A stretch of 64,000 bases of DNA, from positions 124,001 to 188,000 of IMG/VR virus record IMGVR_UViG_3300036760_000522; one strand, given 5' to 3'. Position 1 is the stretch's first letter, and each line of letters starts with the position of its first letter. Below the pieces are notes generated by a model, which was given only the letters and a program-made list of their open reading frames with translations, did no database searches and had not been told where the DNA came from. The translations under genes and the position numbers were made by a program. This document shows positions 46,301-55,042 of the stretch, piece by piece.

Positions 46301-47421
46301 CCAAACTGTCCACGAGAAGCAATAGTCATCGTCGTCCCTGTGATCGACGAATAGGTCAGAATCTCGTCACCGATTTGAATGGCTACAGGAGTCGCAGGCG
46401 TCAACGGCAGCGGTACGTTGGTCACCGTCGCCAAAGACAATGTCAACGCACTGCTCGTCAATGCACTCGCCAGCGACGGAACCGTTGAAAACGTTTTGTA
46501 CCCTGTCCGATCGACAGCAGTCGGATTTCGGTCAACGGAACCGTTCAGATTCTGTCCAGGGTCCCCCGTCCATGAAACACGATTCCGGCGAAAGACAACA
46601 CAAATAGGCACCGCGTAGGTATAACCGTCGACTGAACCTAGGGTACTCTGTGTTCCGTCCCCTGCACGCCAGAGGCCCACGTCCCCAAGCTCAATACGCA
46701 TGTTCGTGAAGACATAGCTTGTCGGAACCGCGCTTGACCCTTGCCCTTTGACGGTTGCAGGATCAAACCCGTCCGGGTAACTTGCAAGACCGACGTTGGA
46801 GACAACTCGAATCCGGTACTGCAACTGGACCCGTTGCGTGGTTTCAAATCCAATCGCAGGATCTTGTAAGTCGTCAGCCAAGAAGGTGTAGCCGCCTTCC
46901 ACGTTGCCGTAGCGATAGAGAGCCGATGCACCAGGCTTGTTGAGCGTCGAAGGGTTCGGTGGCACACGAGCCTGCCAAACCTCCAGAAACACGAAGTCGA
47001 TCCTCGCGTCCCCTGTGTTCGCAGGGGGCGGTGGAAGGGTGATTCTGTTCCACGTATCCGCGTCATTGGGAGAACCAGGGGGCGTTCCAGTCAAGGTGCC
47101 AGTCACAGGTATCAGCCAACCATTGACGTTGGCCCACATAATCGCTTGCTTCTCGCCAGCAAACTGTGGACCAAACTTGAACCAATTGGACCAGATCCTG
47201 TTCGTCACGAACGAGTCGATTGGGTTTGCGGCGTCCCCCAAAAAGCCGCTTGGCGCAGTTCGAAGCGCAAGATTGCGATCACCCTCCGTCGCAATCTGAC
47301 CCAAGAGTGTGAGTTCAGAGTCGATCGGGGGCTTGCCAGCCTGAAAAATAGGAACAAGAAAACCGGTTTGTTTCGGATTCAGAACTCTGGAAGCGCCCGG
47401 TCCGTAATTGTCAGCCATCAT
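43339..47421 (-). CDS. Large virion structural protein (tail/baseplate-associated); paralog of 50261-52894
   Basis: 1360 aa, G/T/S-rich; shared N-terminal QAGKP.D.EL and ETT.RVQ.QYR.RVV. Confidence 0.75.
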   Translation of the reverse strand: MMADNYGPGASRVLNPKQTGFLVPIFQAGKPPIDSELTLLGQIATEGDRNLALRTAPSGFLGDAANPIDSFVTNRIWSNWFKFGPQFAGEKQAIMWANVNGWLIPVTGTLTGTPPGSPNDADTWNRITLPPPPANTGDARIDFVFLEVWQARVPPNPSTLNKPGASALYRYGNVEGGYTFLADDLQDPAIGFETTQRVQLQYRIRVVSNVGLASYPDGFDPATVKGQGSSAVPTSYVFTNMRIELGDVGLWRAGDGTQSTLGSVDGYTYAVPICVVFRRNRVSWTGDPGQNLNGSVDRNPTAVDRTGYKTFSTVPSLASALTSSALTLSLATVTNVPLPLTPATPVAIQIGDEILTYSSITGTTMTIASRGQFGSLAEAHASGSTVTVLSGRPDGLFADQVIKDDILDLRHLTGPSLDYEALLRGNLDRLLRGRLRATWKRTGGGPQGSFVFYQDKISASPGALGVTKLDAPDGIRQVWGDPALLQAVVIPINTPGTSTTVVEIGGTLGAGFGGGVGVGVTINHPSGTGFQPTNVITVPKSLFTGSLPGSDVDQITLVAVQSYVKIRFLGEIADLSLAHYSVANNGIGDLLITLLGGFVVRNVGAFITMHVLYGAGRGLSRRPDAIHSLAYLSGNSEILLQIQGLPADNQTLRTTWLAQWSRYRNATFNGGLPSTCESYADPGSKTVVLTPFRRIPYTAGTGGVPANSTFKTIQKTAGPGFSPTFGAMPANTPAGGVKWGATDPLMLFASYADPSATSGNMVVVVPRRLVPGWGEVRVPILWTDAGDFDQGINFGIEARKGAAPLAPSVQNYVPLTAGSGSVSYQLFSTYNFTTLTAAAYNTSFLGFTNLMAGMRFFVDGRGLGRQGLELPPFYGIARLFAVYEAQDYGTEGSAFNPSTREAETGGATNLLRQNFSGPTFWIESDVDGDPTFILNADVIDISKSPNPIASFSAANYVIEASIFGCDRGFFDLNQDARLVLTRLLGTFGREGTGAAGLHITNPVFIFPGAPKAGDEIAINYSRTPYQGDVWGSQSTQSDLGYKPGTLTTAIRYQLLNTSLEYSNLTRPNQKVLEVLASVKFVTTLGTGRLSGDVPASDEDVRVPGYEPWLIPATTVVPRATPTPEALTTSERSLPIGSEYLGMTERLPLGALFRDKDFRGNYVGDIGPFSVDYSAPGIQAASVAPVQNLEYETVPVHTGSVTGGHAGETVVHVDGNDGNYSVLTNYRTNRGGSAFSVFGHSGGDVGAITPPSASHTTSGGVLAGLAMLVRNVPTNVGANEVSAGDELLMLIATTARPTDSGADNINAVQVSTAGTGEGYSAADLYRLTGHPITNNPARSMVDPATIVLARASELLLTNEVL

Positions 47422-47554
47422 TGCTCCGTCTACTGTTTCTCGCAGTCACGACACTGTGCGTGATATTTACGAAAAGTCCCAGTACCTCCACACCGCGTAC
47501 AACGTCTGGAGGTACAGACGCTACTTGACAAATCGGGAGGTCCAAGGTAATCAG

Positions 47555-47698
47555 TCACTGGTCAATCTCCACGATGCGATGAACCTCAACACCGGTCTGA
47601 TTTTGGGTTCTCATACGTCGACAAATTTCCTGGATCTCACGGCGCAACACGAAAAGATCCCACTCAGACACTTCACGCTCAGGGCGTAGCTTGTCCAC
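47555..47698 (-). CDS. Small hypothetical protein
   Basis: 47-aa co-oriented ORF in an operon gap. Confidence 0.3.
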   Translation of the reverse strand: MDKLRPEREVSEWDLFVLRREIQEICRRMRTQNQTGVEVHRIVEIDQ

Positions 47699-47748
47699 CG
47701 GCGGTGCCCAATTTTGCGGCCACCCCCAAGCTACGCTTGTCGGCTTAG

Positions 47749-48417
47749 TTAGTAAATCAAGGCCCATGAGCCTAACCACGTCTTCTGAGTCGTTTCGTTG
47801 AACAATGACAACCTGAATTGATTTCCTTGATTTACTAACGGTATGGTCAACATCGCACCATTGGTGACCAACAACCAAGCAGACGGATCGGGATCGTTGT
47901 TGAACGTAACGTACACTTGGAAATTTGAGTCGATCGTCTCTTGATAGGTACGAGCCGCGACACCACTGATTGGATCTGTGAGTCCGTAACGAAAAGCCTC
48001 GTAACGCACGACACACGAAGTCGGGGTCGACGTAAGAACGTGTAAATCAGTAGCGAGAAGACCGTCCGAGCTTGAACCAACAGGCACTACACCTGTCGTC
48101 TGGCGTTCACCGATGAAGAAGCCACCGATACCATTGCCGAGCGTGATCGAAGTAGCCTCGTCCCATCCAATGCCGTCAATCTGCTCGTCGTACAAGATGG
48201 TCGTGTAGCCGGGGTACAGTGACAAGAGACCTGTGTATTTCTTGGACACCAGATCAGTAAGGTCTGAAGGCACACCGTCAACCGGGACATCAAACGGCAC
48301 ATTGACGGGGAAGCTGCCCCGCAAATTCAACGACCCGCTCTGCAAGTTCACAGTATCGCGAATCCTCGACGTGCCGAGAACCGTGGAGTGTGCGTCAACG
48401 AGATAAATGGTTCCCAT
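47749..48417 (-). CDS. Virion structural protein
   Basis: Beta-rich and tightly packed in the structural operon. Confidence 0.65.
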   Translation of the reverse strand: MGTIYLVDAHSTVLGTSRIRDTVNLQSGSLNLRGSFPVNVPFDVPVDGVPSDLTDLVSKKYTGLLSLYPGYTTILYDEQIDGIGWDEATSITLGNGIGGFFIGERQTTGVVPVGSSSDGLLATDLHVLTSTPTSCVVRYEAFRYGLTDPISGVAARTYQETIDSNFQVYVTFNNDPDPSAWLLVTNGAMLTIPLVNQGNQFRLSLFNETTQKTWLGSWALIY

Positions 48418-48418
48418 G

Positions 48419-50200
48419 TTACGGCCCGTAATCAGTTCTCGTCAAGAACCACTCAAGTATGTACTGTGCTTCGAATTTCAATACTGTCCCAGCCGAACTT
48501 GGCGTGCTGTCATCGGACCCGGAAAACCGAAAGTTTGCAGGCCAAACAACCGTCGACAATTCACCTAAGCTGCCAGCGGTGACGTTGTAAGCAACATAGA
48601 TCGTGATGCGGTCTCCAAACTCAGGAGTGTACGTTCCATCCAGAGCGATCGTCAGTACCCGGCTGCTCGATCCTGTGAATCCGAAATAGATCGTGCTGAC
48701 AGTTCTCGGATCAAACGTCTGTGTCTGTGTGGAGCCAATGGCAATCGTAGATTGTGATCGGCTGCTCAGGAGGCCCCGAATTCGACCTCCACGGCTTTCA
48801 ATAGACCCGTCACCCCAAAGCTCGCCTTTGACGGTCTTACGGCCGAGATCAGTTACGGCCGCCCCTTGCTCAGTGTACGCGCCCCACTCCAGAGCATGCA
48901 AGTTCCAGTCACTGGTTCCTCCTCGAGCTGTGTCGAGTGTGCCAGCTGACCAGAACGGTGGGGTTTGGGAGATCTCAGAAGTCGGAGTTGACGTTATGGC
49001 GCCTGGCACCAAATGCGAGAAACCATTTAGGCGGTTTTCTGCGTCTCCAAATTGATCCGTGTCACCCCCAGCAAAGAACCCTGTGCGGATCCAACGAATG
49101 TTTACGGATTCCCCGACATCCGGAAGCACAGCGGAGCCTGAAGACTCCCCGCCCAACACATTCACAGAACACTGTCTTGAGTTCAGTGGGTCAAGGGAAC
49201 GTATGATGTAGACTTCCCTCGTCCCGATCTTGGTGCCTGTCGTGTACGTGATTTCAGCAAGATCAACGCCAACTCTGACCGCCGTGCGAAACGGACCCGA
49301 AAGATACCAATAGTCTGAGGCCGCTAACTCCAACTCGTCAGTTGCCGAAATCGTCCCAACTGAAGAAGCGTTGACTCTAGTCCACGCAGTTGCACCGCCA
49401 AGAGTTCCTGATGCGATATCTTTTTCGTAGACAGCTAGGAATCCGGCCGCTTGGTGTCCAACAAGTCCTCTGTCATTGGCGTCAGCAACGTTCTTTTTGC
49501 GTCCAACGTAGACATACCCTGTAGAGCCGCTGGACGCGCCGGTTGTCGGATGTACGGTCGCGCCCCGTAAGTGAGCCCGCCAGTGTGATTTGTAGGGGTC
49601 TAAATAAAGCCCTAGATCTGTTGCCGTGTTGACGATAACAGTTGGTGCAATACCACTACGCAGGTATTCAGGAAAACGAACACGATCAGGCGAGCGGCGC
49701 AAGGCTGGATGACTTGCTAGCTCGATCGGCAAACTGCCGACCAAAGCCTGCTTCCCGTAGTAGACCTTGTAAGTGACGTTCTGCGGGATTGACGGCGTGA
49801 ATGTCAATGTCAGGTTCGCAGCGAAGAACCCAGCACCTATCGCTGCGGGCGAAATAGCGGTGACCGCGACGTAGGATCGACTGACAGGATCGAAAATTTC
49901 TGTGTCGTCAGCTGCATTGACCACACGAAACAGATCCTGCAACTGGTCTCCACCGGAATCGCCAACGTAGAAAGGTCCGTAAGTTGTGTTGACCAACAGC
50001 AGCGTTGCGTCGGCTGAAGACCCTGAGGCAAACGAAGCCGTGACACTCGGTGCCGCCAACGGCTGATTGAGGACGCCTACCAATACACCCAACACAGCTG
50101 AGCTGGTCTGCGCGTACAAGTCCGCCGCAGCGTTCACAACATCGTTGTGAAGCTTTCCAGGTCCAGTCGTAATGGTACTAGGGTCAGCAGTACTCGGCAT
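48419..50200 (-). CDS. Tail-fibre-like structural protein
   Basis: C-terminal VVWPANFRFSG domain is typical of fibre tips. Confidence 0.65.
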   Translation of the reverse strand: MPSTADPSTITTGPGKLHNDVVNAAADLYAQTSSAVLGVLVGVLNQPLAAPSVTASFASGSSADATLLLVNTTYGPFYVGDSGGDQLQDLFRVVNAADDTEIFDPVSRSYVAVTAISPAAIGAGFFAANLTLTFTPSIPQNVTYKVYYGKQALVGSLPIELASHPALRRSPDRVRFPEYLRSGIAPTVIVNTATDLGLYLDPYKSHWRAHLRGATVHPTTGASSGSTGYVYVGRKKNVADANDRGLVGHQAAGFLAVYEKDIASGTLGGATAWTRVNASSVGTISATDELELAASDYWYLSGPFRTAVRVGVDLAEITYTTGTKIGTREVYIIRSLDPLNSRQCSVNVLGGESSGSAVLPDVGESVNIRWIRTGFFAGGDTDQFGDAENRLNGFSHLVPGAITSTPTSEISQTPPFWSAGTLDTARGGTSDWNLHALEWGAYTEQGAAVTDLGRKTVKGELWGDGSIESRGGRIRGLLSSRSQSTIAIGSTQTQTFDPRTVSTIYFGFTGSSSRVLTIALDGTYTPEFGDRITIYVAYNVTAGSLGELSTVVWPANFRFSGSDDSTPSSAGTVLKFEAQYILEWFLTRTDYGP

Positions 50201-50260
50201 CTTTTACCTTGGTTGTTGCTAAGCTCCCTCAACTGTAGTAGTTTGGAGTTTCCGTCGTCT

Positions 50261-52894
50261 TCAGACGGCGGAGAAATTGAAACCTAGCAGTTGTCCCTTG
50301 AGCTTGTACACGCTGGCGCTCGAACGATTCGAGACAAGACTTGACATGAAAGCGATTGTGTTTTCGTCATCGAACGAAGCCCATCTCGTAAGCAAGAGCA
50401 GCACAAGTTCGCCCTTGAACCCAAACGGAGTGTCGACGGACAACTCACAAAGGATTGGCAAAAAGTTCTTGTGACGCTTCGGGTCGCTTAGCGGCTGCGC
50501 GACGCCCAACGGCTTGTACGCACTAGTCAAGGCCTTGAAAAAGGTCCGTCCTTCTGCGTCGACATCCCCTGGGGCGCGACTGAACACAAAGTCGTCAGGC
50601 GATGGAACGACTGGCACGTGTGCAGGGAGACGCAGAAAACCCGTATCCGCAAACAACGTGGTCACGGAGACGCGCAGAGCCCCATCAAGTTCATGGTCCC
50701 CTGTAAACGTGCCCCCAGATGTCGGGTAAACACCCCCTGATTGGACGTACGCAGTCGGAAACGGGTAGCCCTGGCCATCACTACCACTCCCCGCAGTCAA
50801 CGCGTAGACATCTTGTGTGACCAATCGAGGAATCAAACTCAAACTCGTACCAAGCAGCGCTGCGCGAACTGTTTGCGGCAAACGCGCCTCGTAGTAGATG
50901 GTCAGCTGCTCGTCATTCTGAGGCAGTGGACGGATCGACTGGTAGGTGACGGTGACGGTGACGCCACCACCTCCAACCGCAGGGCTCAATGTCAGAAGGT
51001 ACCCGTCACTCGAGACCGTGATGGATCCGCCGTAAGGACCTCCCGGAGCTTGTGAAATGGAAACCGTGCCTGTAATTGCACGCTCAGGCAGAGCAATCGT
51101 TGTTGTGGTTGAAGTCGAGAAGAAAGTCCTAGAATGCGAAACAGTTGTATAAGACAAGGACACTTCACGATTTGGTGTGTTGAAAGTCGGGGTCTGAAGA
51201 GCACTGTAAAGAATCGGTGATCCCGCTGGAAGTTGTGCAGGGTTGTTTATGAACACCCCTTGCAAAGTGGGAAGAACAGCGTTGTTTGCAAAAATAGCCG
51301 TTGGTGTACGAAAAAGTCCGGCTCCGGACGGATACGCGATGAGAACCGAAATGTAGATGGGTGATGTGCCGCCGATTGTTGTATGAATCCTAAACGTCAG
51401 AGCACCCTGTGGAACACTACCGAGGCCTTCAATGCTCCAACGAGGCGACGTTGTGTCCGTCGTAACATTGACGGAATTCTGTCCCAACGATTCACCGAGG
51501 TATACAACGCGAACAACATCCACGAATGAAATCGTGGATGGAGCAAAGGCTGTCCAATTGAATGCTGTGTACGGCCAAATGGGCAGCGCAGACGGCGAGA
51601 TAGTGATGGTGTCTCCATCCGCCCAGCTAGGGCCCCCGCCCGAACCGTCTGCCGGCGTGAACCTCAAAACGATCGTTTCGTAGATCGTGCGGTCCGAAAA
51701 TGTTCGACGTACGGCGTCAAACTCGCCAATGAACTCTGCACCCGGAGTGTCACCCGTCGTCGTTCCGTCACCACCGTTGGCGTTCGACACTCCGATCTCG
51801 TCGGCCCACATGACGGTGTGCCCGTGAAGACCCCCACCCAACAGTGTTGCTCCGATCTCGGTTTGGATCTGGTTGTCGAGCAAAAGATGCAAGTTACGTT
51901 GCGTTACCTCTTGCAGATCCCAACCAGTGGGTGAGGTACCAAACCGCAGGTCGAGGATGTCCCTAGCAACGACGTTGTCGCTGAACAAACTGTCCGGACG
52001 GTCCGAAGGACCAGGAAACGCTACACCGCCGTTGTGGTTTGTGTTTCTTGCAAAGGCTGTTGTGTTGCGCCGAAACACAGCACAAAAAGGCAGGGCGTAC
52101 ATGTATCCGTCAACGGTGCCTAGCGTGTTGGTCGGATCCCCATTACCGGCTCGCCAAAGCCCGGGGTCCCCCGACAACGACTGATTCGTATATGTGTAGA
52201 CCGTAGCCGTTCCGTCGGGGGTCGCAGCCGTGGCCGGCACAGTGTTGGCCACGACAGACGGGTCCTCGATGCCGTTGGGGAAGCTGAATAGGTCAACGGC
52301 GTTGACGACACGCAACCGGTATTGGATTTGAACCCGCTTCGTGGTTTCAGACCCTACAGCTCCGTCCAAGATGTCATCAGCGAAGTTCAGTGCCAGGTCG
52401 CTAGCGGTCGGAATCTTGACGTTTCCATAGCGCCAGATTCTCGCCGCAGGACTTTTTCCGGTTGTTGTCGGAGCAGCTGGAATGAGCCGGCGCCAAACTT
52501 CCAAAATGATGAGATCGGTTCGTTTGGTTCCAGCTCCAACCGGGCCAGCACCGAGGCTCAAAACGTTCAGCTCTGTTGCGTCTCCTGTGTCGGCGACGTG
52601 GACAAGCCAGCCATTGACGTGCGCACGCTGCGTCGTGAGACTGACAGTGTTGGCCGTCGTAACGAGCGCATTCAAGAGGCCAGACTGTGTTACATTGAGA
52701 AACTGGTTCGACACCCATCCTGAAGGAAACGAGCGCCGACGGGTGACAAGCTCGGCCTCTTGTCCAACATCCTGAGCAAGATTGAGTTCCTTGTCGAGGA
52801 TCGGCTTCCCCGCCTGAATAACGACTGTTTCCCAAGCACGATCCGCAGGATCCAAATACCCGGACGTTGCCGGCCCATAGTCTTTGGCTGTCAT
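50261..52894 (-). CDS. Virion structural protein; paralog of 43339-47421
   Basis: DYGP..S..L.P, QAGKPILDKELN, LGTVDGYMYA.P.C.VFRRN, RPD.LF.D. Confidence 0.75.
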   Translation of the reverse strand: MTAKDYGPATSGYLDPADRAWETVVIQAGKPILDKELNLAQDVGQEAELVTRRRSFPSGWVSNQFLNVTQSGLLNALVTTANTVSLTTQRAHVNGWLVHVADTGDATELNVLSLGAGPVGAGTKRTDLIILEVWRRLIPAAPTTTGKSPAARIWRYGNVKIPTASDLALNFADDILDGAVGSETTKRVQIQYRLRVVNAVDLFSFPNGIEDPSVVANTVPATAATPDGTATVYTYTNQSLSGDPGLWRAGNGDPTNTLGTVDGYMYALPFCAVFRRNTTAFARNTNHNGGVAFPGPSDRPDSLFSDNVVARDILDLRFGTSPTGWDLQEVTQRNLHLLLDNQIQTEIGATLLGGGLHGHTVMWADEIGVSNANGGDGTTTGDTPGAEFIGEFDAVRRTFSDRTIYETIVLRFTPADGSGGGPSWADGDTITISPSALPIWPYTAFNWTAFAPSTISFVDVVRVVYLGESLGQNSVNVTTDTTSPRWSIEGLGSVPQGALTFRIHTTIGGTSPIYISVLIAYPSGAGLFRTPTAIFANNAVLPTLQGVFINNPAQLPAGSPILYSALQTPTFNTPNREVSLSYTTVSHSRTFFSTSTTTTIALPERAITGTVSISQAPGGPYGGSITVSSDGYLLTLSPAVGGGGVTVTVTYQSIRPLPQNDEQLTIYYEARLPQTVRAALLGTSLSLIPRLVTQDVYALTAGSGSDGQGYPFPTAYVQSGGVYPTSGGTFTGDHELDGALRVSVTTLFADTGFLRLPAHVPVVPSPDDFVFSRAPGDVDAEGRTFFKALTSAYKPLGVAQPLSDPKRHKNFLPILCELSVDTPFGFKGELVLLLLTRWASFDDENTIAFMSSLVSNRSSASVYKLKGQLLGFNFSAV

Positions 52895-52904
52895 GCAAGT
52901 AAAC

Positions 52905-53564
52905 TCAAAAGCTCAAGCGCCACGTGATTGCCAGCGTTGACGTAGGAGGTTTATTCACGACTTTGAAATTTAACACATTGAACAAAGTCTCGAACGCAGT
53001 GAGGTCCACCGTGGGGTCGTACGGACCGTTGGGAGGCGTCACAGGGTTCCGTATGGACATGTTGGTCGAGATGTTCCCGCCGATGAGGCCCATCTCGACC
53101 AACGGTCCCACAGCTTCGGACTCCGTGTAGATCGTGTTGAAGTCCACGACACGCGTTGGGTAAGCGACAGGTGCACCTGCACCATCGACGAACTGGACAG
53201 ACGCAAAGGTCTTGCGTGTGATCTCGCCGTAAAGGGCCCGTTGTGTATTGGTAGGAGCCGGCGGATTCATTGGGTCCCATCCCGTGTCGCCAGTACCAAT
53301 GGCCAGCGCGAAAATACCGTGAGGCGGTTCTTGATTGTCGCGGGCCAAACGGGCTAGCAAAATCGATGCATCGAGAACAACCAAGTTTTCGAGGTGGCGT
53401 TCTTCCTGGATCGCCCCAGTCTCTCCGTCACGCAAACAGAGAAAGACTTCCCCACGAATGTGAGGACCCTGATCCGCAGCTCGAACCGCGAACGAGAACC
53501 CTACTTGCTCCGTCGGTTCCCTAAGACTTTCCGAGCCTTTCAAATCGTCCTCACCTTCTGGCAA
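52905..53564 (-). CDS. Tail/baseplate-associated structural protein
   Basis: NLVV...LAIGTG...EAVGPLVEMGL...ITWRLSF. Confidence 0.7.
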   Translation of the reverse strand: MPEGEDDLKGSESLREPTEQVGFSFAVRAADQGPHIRGEVFLCLRDGETGAIQEERHLENLVVLDASILLARLARDNQEPPHGIFALAIGTGDTGWDPMNPPAPTNTQRALYGEITRKTFASVQFVDGAGAPVAYPTRVVDFNTIYTESEAVGPLVEMGLIGGNISTNMSIRNPVTPPNGPYDPTVDLTAFETLFNVLNFKVVNKPPTSTLAITWRLSF

Positions 53565-53568
53565 GCAT

Positions 53569-53591
53569 AGGGCATAAGAGGCTTATGCCCT
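53569..53591. repeat. Perfect 10-bp hairpin in an intergenic region
   Basis: AGGGCATAAG-AGG-CTTATGCCCT. Confidence 0.7.
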
Positions 53592-53633
53592 CGAAGCAGT
53601 TGAACACCGCTTCGCCAGGGGCTGTGATCACAA

Positions 53634-54323
53634 TCACGGACTATAGGCCCCTAGGGTGCGATTGAACTCGTCGAGAATTTGACCTGAAGTCAATCCGATA
53701 TTCAGGACTTTCAATGAAGACAATATGCCCGAGGGTGCTGTCCCAGCCACGGTCGATGATCCAACCCTGAACCGACCACTTGTGCCGTCGGTTGGTGTCG
53801 TGAGCGTTCCGGAAGCAGCTCCCAACGTTCGACCGTTCAAATAGAATTGAACAACGTTGGTAACCCGAGTTACAGCAAAATGGCAAAGCGACAATGGCGG
53901 GTACAGAGTAATCGAATACGAAGCATTCACACCAGCGCCTGATTCACTAAACAGTCCCACATTTTCAGAGGTCGTTGCCACCATGTCAATTTGGTAAAGA
54001 GCGTTGGTATCCGAAGTCTCACCAGTTGCTGTGTGCGAACAGAGAAATTTTCCGGCTTCGTAAGCGGGGGACAACTGCAACAACATCTCGATCGTGAGAT
54101 TGCCAGTGATCCTCAGCACAGGCTCAGCTACGTTGTAGATCAACTTAAGTGGATCGACGATCAACAGTGCTCGCAGACCTGGGAAAATGTTCGTGTAGCG
54201 GGCGGCACCGGACTCAACCGTCAAATGGAATCCGTTGCCAGAGCTGTCATTCAAGTCCCCGTCGAACTGCCACAGCCCCACTGGGCTGTGGTGCAAACCA
54301 TGTCTTTGAACAACAGCCGTCAC
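53634..54323 (-). CDS. LamG/ConA-like domain protein
   Basis: GLWQFDGDLNDSSGNG...HFAVTR....QFYLNG. Confidence 0.85.
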   Translation of the reverse strand: MTAVVQRHGLHHSPVGLWQFDGDLNDSSGNGFHLTVESGAARYTNIFPGLRALLIVDPLKLIYNVAEPVLRITGNLTIEMLLQLSPAYEAGKFLCSHTATGETSDTNALYQIDMVATTSENVGLFSESGAGVNASYSITLYPPLSLCHFAVTRVTNVVQFYLNGRTLGAASGTLTTPTDGTSGRFRVGSSTVAGTAPSGILSSLKVLNIGLTSGQILDEFNRTLGAYSP

Positions 54324-54335
54324 ATGCCCACCGAA

Positions 54336-55040
54336 TCAGTTTACGAACCCAAAAAAGGATCCCAACGTCAGGTTGTATTCCGCTTTGATCTGCGTCGCAG
54401 TAAGAGCGCTTGCAATCACTTTGACGGATGAGATCATGTTGGGAGCCCCTGTACCGCCAGGGGAGCCTAAACCCTCGGAAGCCCCAATTCGAAATCGACC
54501 GCTCGTACTACCTGTTGGTGCCGTGAGAGTTCCAGACGCGGCACCAAATGTCCGGCCGTTGAGGTAAAACTGAACAACGTTGGACGCCCTGACAAGAGCA
54601 AAATGAGAGAGTCTGCGTGGGGGCACTAAATTTGTGGTGTTCAGTGTTTGGTTGGTCCCTGTACTGAACTCGTGGAGGTATTGGAAGGTCGTAGTTGTAA
54701 ACTGCGCGGCGTAGGAATAGTTCGTCGCCTCCGTCTCTCCAGAAGCGCCGTGGGATACAACGCCGGTGGCCACGTTGTTCGTAATAACATGAAGCAGACA
54801 CTCAATCGTCAGATCCCCCAGGATATTCAAGGATGCTGTGAAAGCACTTCGTCCAACAGTCAAACCGTCTTGCAAGTACAAGGCTCGTTTGCCAGACGAA
54901 AAAATGTCCGTGTAACGCGCTGTGCCTGCAATGGCTGTCAAAGTCAGTCCGTTACCGGAGCTATCGGTGAGGTCATTCTGCAACTGCCACAGACCCGCAG
55001 GGCTGTGGGTCGTCGTATGTAGATTAACTGCGCCGGCCAC
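54336..55040 (-). CDS. LamG/ConA-like domain protein
   Basis: GTG start at 55040; GLWQLQNDLTDSSGNG...HFALVR....QFYLNG. Confidence 0.85.
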   Translation of the reverse strand: MAGAVNLHTTTHSPAGLWQLQNDLTDSSGNGLTLTAIAGTARYTDIFSSGKRALYLQDGLTVGRSAFTASLNILGDLTIECLLHVITNNVATGVVSHGASGETEATNYSYAAQFTTTTFQYLHEFSTGTNQTLNTTNLVPPRRLSHFALVRASNVVQFYLNGRTFGAASGTLTAPTGSTSGRFRIGASEGLGSPGGTGAPNMISSVKVIASALTATQIKAEYNLTLGSFFGFVN

Positions 55041-55042
55041 TT